A DNA stretch of 64,000 bases from Podarcis melisellensis (Eukaryota), in NCBI GenBank assembly GCA_964234715.1, contig OZ174277.1; one strand, given 5' to 3'. The translations under genes were made by a program, and so were the position numbers. Shown in pieces: positions 1-10,284 of the stretch. The notes below the pieces were generated by a model. It did not search any database, was not told the DNA's origin, and was given only the letters and a program-made list of their open reading frames with translations. The first letter of the stretch is position 1; each line of letters opens with the position of its first letter.

Positions 1-2138
1 AACAAGGTGGCGTGCAGTGTGGAAACATAAGCTACTATAATAGCATATCAATAAAACTGGTTAGTTAAAAACAACAAAATCCAAAGGCCCGTCTGAACAG
101 TACAGGTTTCAACATCTAAAAGGAAGCAAAGGTGTCCTGAGGGACTTCCATTGGCAAGGAGTTTCTCAGGGTAGGAGCTGCAACACTGAAAGCTTGGTGC
201 CTGGGAAAGGCTGACCAAACCTGACAGGCATGAAGGGCTACCCAAATTCCCCCTTGGCAGTGGAATATTTAAGGAACCAAGTGGTTTTTAAGGTACTTTA
301 GGCCCTAGTTCTGTAGGGCTTTGTGAACTAACACAATAACCTTGAACCTGGTCCAGCAGCAAGCTGGCAACCTGTGCGGCTCTCTCAGCAAGAGTAACAT
401 GTAGCTTTCTCCCATGAGCAGTCTGGCCACTGGAAGTTACAGCTTCCAGACCAGAAACAAAGGCAGCCCCACATAAAGCATCTTTATAGTAAACAGTTTT
501 GAGGGTAGGAATGAGATGGGCAGCTAAAGCTCTGACCCACCCCATTGTCAGTGCAGAGGTAGAAAGGGAGACTAGAGCAGGGGTGGAGCACCTGTAGCCT
601 ACTAGATCAGGTGAGGAACCATTAGCCCTCCAGATTTTTCTAGATATTCATAGATATGTTGATGAGCTACGATTCCCATTGGCCCTTTGGCATTATTGCC
701 ATAGAACATTCATGCTAAGGCTGGGAATTTGGAGGGCCATAGGTTCCCCCACACCTGCTCTAGATCCTGGCCATGCTGGCTGGGGCTGATGGGAGTTGAA
801 TATGGGTAGGGCATAAGTTTTCTGTCTATGATGTAGAGAGAGTAGTGCCTATGGTCATGGAACATGCAGGCAGTCTAATGAATGTGTGGTGAGCCATGAC
901 CTCTTGTCCTCTTTCTGGGTTCTGTCCAGGCATTTAAAGTGAAACTCACAAAGTACCACATGGCAGCCACATAAGAACCTCTCAGGTAGCATCGCCTAAC
1001 TATGCGGCAGATGAGCCTTTGCTTCTTAGGAAAACAAGTGTTATCGTACACTGAGCCTTTCTCTGAATTGGAATGGTTGCAGGACCATGGTAATGCTTAG
1101 CTCAAACTACCAGTTGGAAGCAATTACCAGCAATTACCAGCCAAAATTAGTATGGAGGCAGAATCCTGACAATTGAACAGGTTAGAAGAAGGCACCGCAT
1201 GATAAGAGACCAGTCTCAGTTAATTCTTGTTTAGCTCATAAAGGAGCAGAAAATCTCTGCTTGGAAATGCACCCACACTCATATTTTATTACTGTACAAT
1301 TTCTAACTGCATAGGTCACATTCACTTGATATGACTGTAAAGGTCACTCAGCTGATTGATCTGCATGGTGTCTACATAACATTGTGGCATCATGGCTTGG
1401 GGAGGAATTCTGAGATACATACATACCCTTGATCACATTCACCTGCTGGGATAATGGACCCTCCTGTCCCCTAGAGGGTGTGCACACACAAGACGGGTCA
1501 CTGTGAGCAGGACACAATGGAAGCCATGTATATAGCAGAGGGGCTAAGAGGTTTCAAGCCTCAGAATGCTTTGTTAGACCAGTGTTATGATACCCATATC
1601 AAAGGTTGGAGCTGAGTCCAAGAGGTCTTTGGCTTATCTTATACCACCTTATGAGTTTATAGCTGATCTGTGATTTGATGGCACATCCTCATAACTGCTG
1701 AAAAATAGAGTTTAAAATCCTACTCAGCTGTGGAGATAATGTACCCTTCATGGTGTCCTTAACCTCAGTTCCCAAACTGAAAAATAGGGTAAAGTATGCT
1801 TCAAGGAGGATTCAGGGAAATACTGTTTACCCTGTTTGTTCATGTGTGGAAGACAACAAGTCTTTACATTAATATTAACACTGATAGCAGTGGCAACACT
1901 ATTTGATTGTATGCACCTCCCCCATTCCCAATCCCCCCCCCCATAAGATTCATAGTGGCTGATGCCTTTCATTTTGTTTTGTTTTTAAAATGCCTTTCTG
2001 CTGCAACAGTTATATTTCCTCAAAGAATTAACTTGGTATAAAAGAACTCAAAATTATTTTACGCTCTATTTTATCACAATTCTGAACGAACCAGTATAGC
2101 CCAAGACCTAAGCTAGCGCTATGCTAAGGAGCGATAAC

Positions 2139-3707
2139 TCACACTAGCAGGGTATAGAAGGAAGGTCGCTTGGGTCTACTTGCCATTGACATTCTGCGTC
2201 CCATTGCGGAAGGAAGTGGTGGTGTGTTCGGAAGACTGCTATCATCTCTGTGTTTGGCATCTGAGCCAGAACCATTCCGCGAGTCTGAGGTGTCTGAGTC
2301 TGTGTCCAGCTGGCTTTCTGACAACACCCTGGACAAAAAGCTAGACTTGCGGTTCTGATGACGCCCGCTGTCTGGAGAGTCACAGCGATCAGTTCCTAAG
2401 TCCTTGCAGCTGAGTGCCCGGCTATGCTTTCGAAGAATGCCTTGAGGGCTGTCCATATGACTGGAGATAATGCAAGGTTTAGGACCATGTTGAGGATTCT
2501 TGGAATGTTCTAGAGGATACTGTTCATTCTTTCGATAGCTGTTGGTGCCCTGCTGTGATGGCTTCTGGACATCCTCACTGCTGGAAGACTCATTCTGTTG
2601 TTGATAGTCATGCCACTGACCCATGAGATTTTGGAGGTGCCTGGGGAGCTGTCGGTGGTGCTGATCACACTCATTAGGATGTTCTAGATGTCTGCAGAGG
2701 TGGTGGAGTTGACCCTGGTGCTGATTTGGCCTGCTTCTCTGGTTGCTGCACCATTGTTGTTCTGCGTTTATTGGGTTCTGGTTTTGTTCAGCAGGTGTGA
2801 ATCCTTCCTCAGGAGCCAAGTAAGCTGGCAGCCCAACTTGCTGGTCTGGCATAAATTTAAAACTGCCTTGGGGAGACAAGTTAGACATGATGCAAATCTG
2901 CTGTATCACTGAATTTTTTTTTGAAAAGTTAATGTCATTATCAGTAGCTACAAGCTCCTCCTTGGGTGTCCCACAAAGGGTCTTTTTAATCTTCTTTACC
3001 CCCAAGTGGACAATCTCTAAAACATTCAGAAAGAGAGAAACTGCTGCAATACTGTGCATGAAAACCATGAAGATAGTTTTCTCTGTTGGTCTAGATACAA
3101 AACAATCCACAGTGTTAGGACATGGTGGGCGAGTGCATTTATAAAGTGGATACATTTGAAACCCATATAAAAGATACTGACCCACCATAAAACCCACTTC
3201 TAAGACTGACCGGGTCAGGATATGCAGGATGTAGGTCCACAGCAAGGCCCCTTGCAAGGGTGCCTTGTTTACTTTCTTTTGTTCTTCCAACTTCCTCAGT
3301 TCCCTCTCTATTCTCCTGTGTTCTTCCAATATAAGCTCGATCTCTTCCAGCTGTGCTTTGAGGTGAGCTTTCTTCCGCTGCCTCTCTTTCTCAAGGGCCC
3401 GGAGTCTGTAAAGGGCATGACCCATATAAACGAGGGAAGGAGATGAAACAAAGATTACCTGTAGCACCCAGTAACGGATCAGGGAGATGGGAAAAGCTTT
3501 GTCATAGCAGATATTGCTGCAGCCAGGCTGCTCTGTGTTGCAAATGAACTCTGCTTGCTCATCATCCCAGACATCTTCAGCTGCAACACCAAGAACTAGC
3601 ATTCGAAATATGAAAAGGATGGTGAGCCAGATTTTGCCCACTATGGTAGAATGGATGTGTACTTCTTCTAGAATGCTGCCCAGCAAGTTCCAGTCCCCCA
3701 TAGTCAT
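2139..3707 (-). CDS. GJA10: Gap junction alpha-10 protein (connexin 57/62 type), main coding exon; conserved start MGDWNLLG at 3701, in-frame upstream ATG at 3707
   Basis: 522-aa ORF with connexin N-terminus [19 protein letters not shown], four TM segments and extracellular Cys motifs [12 protein letters not shown] and [12 protein letters not shown]. The tail contains GRRMSM, typical of the Cx57/62 group. Splice acceptor tttgtttcag| at 3718. It lies next to CASP8AP2, as in other amniotes. Confidence 0.93.
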   Translation of the reverse strand: MTMGDWNLLGSILEEVHIHSTIVGKIWLTILFIFRMLVLGVAAEDVWDDEQAEFICNTEQPGCSNICYDKAFPISLIRYWVLQVIFVSSPSLVYMGHALYRLRALEKERQRKKAHLKAQLEEIELILEEHRRIERELRKLEEQKKVNKAPLQGALLWTYILHILTRSVLEVGFMVGQYLLYGFQMYPLYKCTRPPCPNTVDCFVSRPTEKTIFMVFMHSIAAVSLFLNVLEIVHLGVKKIKKTLCGTPKEELVATDNDINFSKKNSVIQQICIMSNLSPQGSFKFMPDQQVGLPAYLAPEEGFTPAEQNQNPINAEQQWCSNQRSRPNQHQGQLHHLCRHLEHPNECDQHHRQLPRHLQNLMGQWHDYQQQNESSSSEDVQKPSQQGTNSYRKNEQYPLEHSKNPQHGPKPCIISSHMDSPQGILRKHSRALSCKDLGTDRCDSPDSGRHQNRKSSFLSRVLSESQLDTDSDTSDSRNGSGSDAKHRDDSSLPNTPPLPSAMGRRMSMASRPKRPSFYTLLV

Positions 3708-5195
3708 GGGTTCATCCCTGAAACAAATAACAATGCAGTGTTAAACGATGAAATACCAAACTACAGTTCGGTTCTAAGGGCATTGGCGCTTGATCACATT
3801 TTTATCTAAAATTGTTCCTAATTCCTTTTGACACAGCTGGCACTGACTGAAATAGGATGATCAAATGAGATTTGCTGTGTTTACTGTTGTGAGTTGGGAA
3901 CCCTATGGCCCACCATATATTGCTGAACTATAACATTCCTGATCATTGACCATGCTGACTGGGACTGAAGGGAGTTGAATACATTTGGATAGCTACAAGT
4001 CCCCATCCACCAACCTAAAGGATCCTCTTGGGCATTACTATTGATTGCATTATTTTCTTTCTTATGCGATCTTCACCGTTGAAGACCTTCAGGCTTCAAA
4101 TAATAATAGGAACAGCTAGTCTCTCTCTCTCCCTCCCTCCCTCTGCCTTTCCCTGTCACCTGGTTTTCTAAACTTGGACAAATTCAACCCCATCTCAAAA
4201 TATCAATAAAAAGTTGCATCTGGTAGACTGAATGAGGGGTGCCACCTATCAGCCGAGAATTTTGGAGATGAATAAAGAACGTAAGAACAAACCTGACTGG
4301 TTTGACTAAAGATGCATATAGCCCCACATTCTTTATCAAATTGCTTTTGGGTTTGTTTGTTTGTTTGTTTGTTTTTGAAAGCTTACAAGCAGGGCATGAA
4401 GGTAACAGGCATCAACTGTTGCCTATCCCCGGCACCTATTGCCAACAGGTATGCTGCCCTATGTATCAGGTTCTATCCTGGTTTCACAAATTTGCCTAAT
4501 CCCACTTTAAAGACACCTAAAGCAGGGATGGGGAACCTGTGGCTTTCCAGATGTTGGACTCCAGCTGCCATCATCCCCAGACACTATTGCCAATAGTAAG
4601 GGATTATGGGACTTGTAGTCCTGCAAAGTCTGAATGGCCCACTGGTCCCCTATAGCTCATCTAAACTAATGCCCATATACCCATTCTGTGGTAGCAAATT
4701 GTGTAAGTTATACACCATAGTTATACACTATAGCTATACACATAGTGCATAGATGCTGGACCACCTGTGCTCATAAGCAGGCCACCATTCCCCACCCACA
4801 AAATAGCCACACAAATGCCTATACACACCCTTTCCTTTGATTCTAACTTAAGTTTCAACCAGGAACATAATTATAAACACATAAGATCCCAATGAGACTT
4901 CCTTGTTAAGAAATGCTGTGACGGACAGATGTAAAATCTGTTCTACCTGCTGGAACTTTTCAGTTACCTTCCTTTTTCCTCATGGTTTTAGCACCCATCT
5001 GGTTTATATAATCAGGTGCAAAGTTTAGATTAGAAAAATGGATAAGGGGAAAAAATGGAAATATTATTTAAACATGGCAAAATCGTAACAGAACCTAAGC
5101 AGTCATTTAAAAACCAAATAATAAAAATAAGAACTATGTAATCACCTACATATATTTGCCTTTGAAATAAGTTCAGATATTATTTGGCTGCTTAC

Positions 5196-5252
5196 CTTAA
5201 TAGTAATTCTCTTGCTCATAAGCCTCTTCAAGTATTATAAACATATCAGAAC
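5196..5252 (-). other. GJA10: Candidate non-coding 5'UTR exon of GJA10 (upstream boundary uncertain)
   Basis: Strong donor AAG|gtaagc at 5195 and possible acceptor cattttcag| at 5253. Connexin genes typically have a non-coding upstream exon. Confidence 0.4.
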
Positions 5253-6202
5253 CTGAAAATGAGTATACAGCCAGAAAGCATCATTTAGAAACTTTGTTTT
5301 TCCTTTTCCTTTTTTTAGAGCAAACTCTTAAGACAGTTTACGGTTGACACGGTGACTAGAATTCATAGTTCTGTAGCTGACAGAATAAACGAATCTGAAG
5401 TACGCAGGCAGAGTTTGATCGACTGGCTGACAAGAGGACAGTGCCTTCAGCCAGAATTATCCTGCAATTATTTTAGTCCTACCAAATCACCCCCAAGGCT
5501 TCACACATACTTCGTTACTCTGTAAGGCCACTGCTAATTTCGTTTGAACCCAAATATGCTAGCCTTTATTGCTGAGCCAACTGGTAAATGAGTTTATTTT
5601 TTAAAATGAACAAACAGCCTCTTCACACGGATCTGGCTTCTTACGTTTTCTTTACATTCCATTAGTTTTCATGAGAATCAATGCCTGGTGATCAATCGGT
5701 CATGTCCGATTTCATAGTCTATTGCCTAGTGGGACAGACGGGTTAGAACAGCACTCAAGGGGAGGGGTTGAATGAGACACCAGAATAAACTGGGTTTAAA
5801 ATTTGCTATGAGGAATCGAATTTCACGGATGTTGTGTTTCATTTTGGTCGGCATTGCTATAGCATTTATGCTTATATGGCCTTCATCTCCTTTCCTCTTC
5901 TACAATGGAAGGCAAACATCTGGCTGAGCTGGCTTAAAGACAGACGTTATGTGTATTTTAATGAATTGAATAGAAAGATTACAAATCATGGGGACATGGA
6001 GAGAGTTTGTGTGTGAACTTAACAGAGCTTACTTAACTTATATTTTTAGTTGTTAGTCTGTTAATTTTGTTCTATAAATTATAAGTGCCATATTGATTTG
6101 GTAATCATATGTCTTTTGCTGTCGTTTTGTGTGTTGTTGTTTTTTTAATTGCTGCTTTTAATATGTTTTATACTATAGATTGCAATTGTTTTATTGTAAT
6201 TG

Positions 6203-6428
6203 CCTTCTCGGTAGTTGAGTCCGCCCTGTGGAATGCCCTCCTGTCAGAGGTAAAGGAAATAAACATCTACCCGTCTTTTAGAAGACACCTGAAGGCAGCC
6301 CTGTATAGGGAAGCTTTTAATGTTTGGTGTTTTACTGTGGTTTTAGTTTGTTGGAAGCCGCCCAGAGTGGCTGGGGCAACCCAATCAGATGGGCGGCATA
6401 TGCAATTATTATTATTAGTAGTAGTAGC
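6203..6428 (+). mobile_element. LINE (L2-like) 3' end fragment
   Basis: GCCTTCTCGGTAG...CTGTGGAATGCCCTCC...GGAAGCCGCCCAGAGTGGCTGGGGCAACC...GATGGGCGG followed by a (TTA)n tail. Confidence 0.7.
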
Positions 6429-7050
6429 AGTTAATTTTTTAATGATTTTTCTGTATCTGTGGTGTTCCATTACATTTTATTCTCTTAACTGTTATTTATT
6501 GTTTGTAAGCCGCTTTGGGATTTATTTGAATGAAAAGCAGCATAGAAATACGATAAATCAAAGAAACCTGTAATAAGCACTTTTGTGTTTTCCCCACTCC
6601 CATCCCAGTGTCTCCTCATTCTGTGCAACAATATTAATTAATGAAAAGAAGCAGGGCTATGAAGTCAGCTATGTTAATTGTGTGGCCATTTATTGTATGA
6701 CATGAAGCAGAAAGAGAAAGCATATTGAAGTCTTCTGCTTGTGGAATTGCTGTTTGTATAACTATAGCCTTAGGTACTTGGCAACCTCTGCCTATGATGG
6801 CCATAGGATTCCAGTTAACCCTCCATTCACTTCAACAGTGTTTGCAGCTGCATAATATTTTGAGGATCCGCTCTATGTCTGATTGCAATTCAATGAGGTT
6901 TAGGGAAAAGAGAGATATGAATACTCACTTCTGGTACAGTCTCGAATGACTTCCTGGGATTATTCTAGATAAGCAGGCTGTAGATTAAACTTCATCTCCA
7001 GAAATTATTATCTGACAATGAGAAGCTACTGGAGCCCTTAAACCCATCTA

Positions 7051-7125
7051 CAGCACTGAAGACTAACAGACTTATAGCGACATAAGATTTCATTGACTAG
7101 AGCGCTTTGTCAGATGAAGTATCCT
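7051..7125 (-). mobile_element. Degenerate Penelope-like terminal remnant
   Basis: AAGACTAACAGACTTATAGCGACATAAGATTTCATTGACTAGAG..CTTTGTCAGATG resembles the reptile Penelope hammerhead-bearing repeat. Confidence 0.5.
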
Positions 7126-8344
7126 CCTTCGTTGGTAAATATACACACACAGCTTAACTACACATGCAATATATGTCTGTCACCTGTAACATGTTGAGGT
7201 CTTTTTTAAAAAAGTACGGTGGGGAGGGGCACTGAGTTTTGAATTGGATTTTGGGGAAGTGTAACCCTTTCCTTGCTCACTGTGATTCTGACAAAAAATG
7301 GCAACAGGGAGGAAAAGGTGATCGAATTGGAAGCCCAAAACATCTGGAGGGCACCAGGGTTGGCAAAGGCTAGCCTAAAATGAATAGAATTGTTTGTTGC
7401 TAAATTCTACTTCATCAATTTCATACCGGAGTTTCCCTTTGAAGTGCTGTCACTGAGGTACAGCAATTTTAAGAAATGATGTCTTCTGGGAGAGAGAGAA
7501 AAAACCGTTTCCCCACAGGTTTGTTAATGTTGCAGTTTTCAACATCACCATTCACCAGTTCTTAAACCACGTAACTTTATTTTGGCGCTTGATGATTGAA
7601 GAACTACTTCTGTGGTAAATGACAATTTGCTGCATGGCATTCTTGGTGGAAATATGTATAATACTTGAAATAACCACCGACTGTCCTTCACAAAGAGAAC
7701 CTGATGCCACTTAAGTGTTCTCTAAATAGAGCTGATTAGATTAAGAGAGCAAGGTACACTGGAAAAAAATCACAAATGAAGCACCATGCACACATATTTA
7801 TCCATTATTTACCTGGTCTAGTAGGTAGTAGCTAGGAGATAGGAAATCCCAGCCTCTGCCATTAACTCATCAAATGGGCTTAGCCATGCCACTATCTTCC
7901 TGCCTCAATACACCATCTGGCAATACAAATTAGGCAGAAATTATTCTTATCCTCAGTGGTTCTCTGGTGCTGGAGAGAGTGGTGGGAATGGCACTAGTGG
8001 TGATAAGGATAGGTTAGATTGTCGGGAAGCACTGACCAATAAGTGTGCATGCAGCTGTGCGCACATGCTGGACATGGGTTCTCTCTGATGAAGGCCCATT
8101 TTCTGCATGTGAGACCTAGCAGAGGCAAATCTTGATGAAGACTGCTCTCGCTAGATCAGAGAACCCTCACTCGAAGCAAGCCTCCATGATTTCAATTTCA
8201 GTGGAACATAGTACAAGTGCTGGGCTTTGCACTGGAATATTATGACATATGTTACCCTTTATGTAATATAAGGTATCATACCCTGTACTGAAAGGGGGGG
8301 GGGGATACAGCAACACATGTTATAAAAAACACTTCAGGTCAATG

Positions 8345-8350
8345 TTTAAT
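8345..8350 (-). terminator. CASP8AP2: Candidate CASP8AP2 polyadenylation signal ATTAAA (3'UTR about 1.9 kb)
   Basis: Minus-strand ATTAAA followed by a GU/U-rich tract (gtgttttttat..tgtgttg) and preceded by an AU-rich terminal-UTR-like block. Confidence 0.5.
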
Positions 8351-10084
8351 GAATATTAAGTGCATTCATTTTACAAAGTTTGGGGTTTTAACAGTGTGCA
8401 GTATTTAGTAGATACAAAATAAAACTTGTTTTATGTAATCAAAAATGTTCAGGTAAAGAACAATATTTTACACATTAGAGAATCTGTACAGGTATTTACA
8501 GAAGTGTCTCGTTTAAACTCTACTATTTACACACACAAACACACATATCCAGATCAGAACGGCAGTAAGTGACTTTAAGAAATGAGTTTTCACCTTTTTA
8601 TAAGATTGTTTTCTTTCTGAAATAAAAGGCTGGGGAGCCACTTAGGGCTTTTCCTGCTGTGCACATGTTCAGCAGAAATAGCTGCCAAAACAAGACCCTC
8701 ACTTCTCTAAAGGTTAGGACTTATTAGGGCAGAGGTGTCTATCAATTTCTCTGGATTACCTGCAATTAAAATTTTGAACCTCTTAATTTAAGCACCTTTG
8801 AATTTACATATTCGGATTCTACACTTAGTTCATAAAATGTTGAAAGTATGTTGTAAAGGGAAGCAATACTTTTAAGCTAACACGAAATGGCAATTGTAGT
8901 TTAATTGCAAAAGTTGGCTTTTTAAATACAAATAATTGTGCATACAGGTTCCAAATAATTGCTCTGCTTGGCTGCAATGCTAAGCCACAAGTTATGGCTT
9001 CTCTAATCACACTCATCGCCCATTAGTAAAATTGATGAACAAAAACGGAGTGGCTGGCTTAGCAGCACTTCTGGTTTCTTTTCTCCAAACCATAACTGGG
9101 AAGGCAAAAAGAAACTTTGGCTTCAGACTATGGTTTATTGTGATGAGAAAACCATAAGCACTGGTTGGGACATAATGCTAAGCCAGGAGCTCTGTGGTTT
9201 GTTTCCCAGGTGAACTAATGGAAGAGTGAAGCAGAAAAGCTTGAGTTGTGTGCACAGTACGGTTAAACAAGCCATATTTCATGGTTTAGCATTATTTCTA
9301 ATGATCTATAATAAGGACTGTATGTACAGTACATCTTTGAACAAATGCCATTGGGTAATATACTGCAAAGTTTCACAATCTGTGTTTGTGCTTTCTGAAA
9401 ACTGAGAGAAAGGAGGAGTCTGTTGTTTAACAACCAACCCTCTTGTGTTTTCTAGTGGTCAACATTTCTCTGTGACATTCTAAATCAAGGTGGGGAATCT
9501 ATGTCCCTCCAGATATTGTTGGACTACAATGCCCATCGTCCTGACTATTGACCAGGATGGTAAGGGCTGATGGAAGTTGGGAATCCAACAACTTCTGGAA
9601 GGCAACAGGTTTGCTGTTTGTTTTTAAATCAATAGCATGAGGTGTTTCAACTCAAAGAATTCAACTTCCCATGTGCTAGGAATTGATCATCTGCTGTCCC
9701 CGAAGTTTTAATAAAATAATGGCTTCAGACACAGTGGAATGCAGAGAAACAAGAAGTACTATAGTGTCTTGCACTTCAACTTCCCCTAACCGTTCTTTAT
9801 AATCCCAAATGAAACTTCTAAGGAGAGATATGAAAGTTTCACTCTAGGCAATTCAGGTAACAGGAAAGACAGGTTGTATGCACTTCCTGTTTCCTCTGTG
9901 CTCTCCAATATGCAAGGCTGCTCAAGGACACTAATAGGTCCAACAGATCTGTTTGATACCTTCAAAAAAAAAATATTGAGAAAGCAGGGCATTATTATGA
10001 AATCTGTGGGCATAAAAGGTGCATTTTAAGTCTACCTAAATGGAGAAGCGACAAACAGTTATTCTGACTTTGATTACATGTCCC

Positions 10085-10088
<4 letters not shown>

Positions 10089-10170
<82 letters not shown>
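10089..10170. repeat. Compound microsatellite (CT)29(CA)12 in CASP8AP2 3'UTR
   Basis: Read directly. Confidence 0.95.
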
Positions 10171-10227
10171 TGCACACAGTGCACATAAACTCATAACAGT
10201 CCATTCTTAGTAGCAATAGTATAGCCA

Positions 10228-10284
10228 CTAGCTGCAGTTTGACATCTTGAATAGTTTCAGCAACTGCTTGAATCTTTCTTCAAC
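10228..10284 (-). CDS. CASP8AP2: CASP8AP2 last coding exon ([18 protein letters not shown])
   Basis: ttccacag| ... TAG at 10230-10228. Confidence 0.93.
   Translation of the reverse strand, partial: VEERFKQLLKLFKMSNCS

Noticed and set aside
1-2100. GJA10 terminal coding exon and short ORFs 48..245, 288..545 and 1748..1972
   Set aside because: No segment resembling the Cx57-type terminal peptide was found by eye, and the short ORFs have no recognisable homology.
6109-6573. 154-aa hydrophobic ORF
   Set aside because: Runs through T-rich LINE 3' tails; not a gene.
8080-8130. CTGATGA as a hammerhead ribozyme core
   Set aside because: No stem II followed by GAAA and no cleavage triplet in the right geometry.
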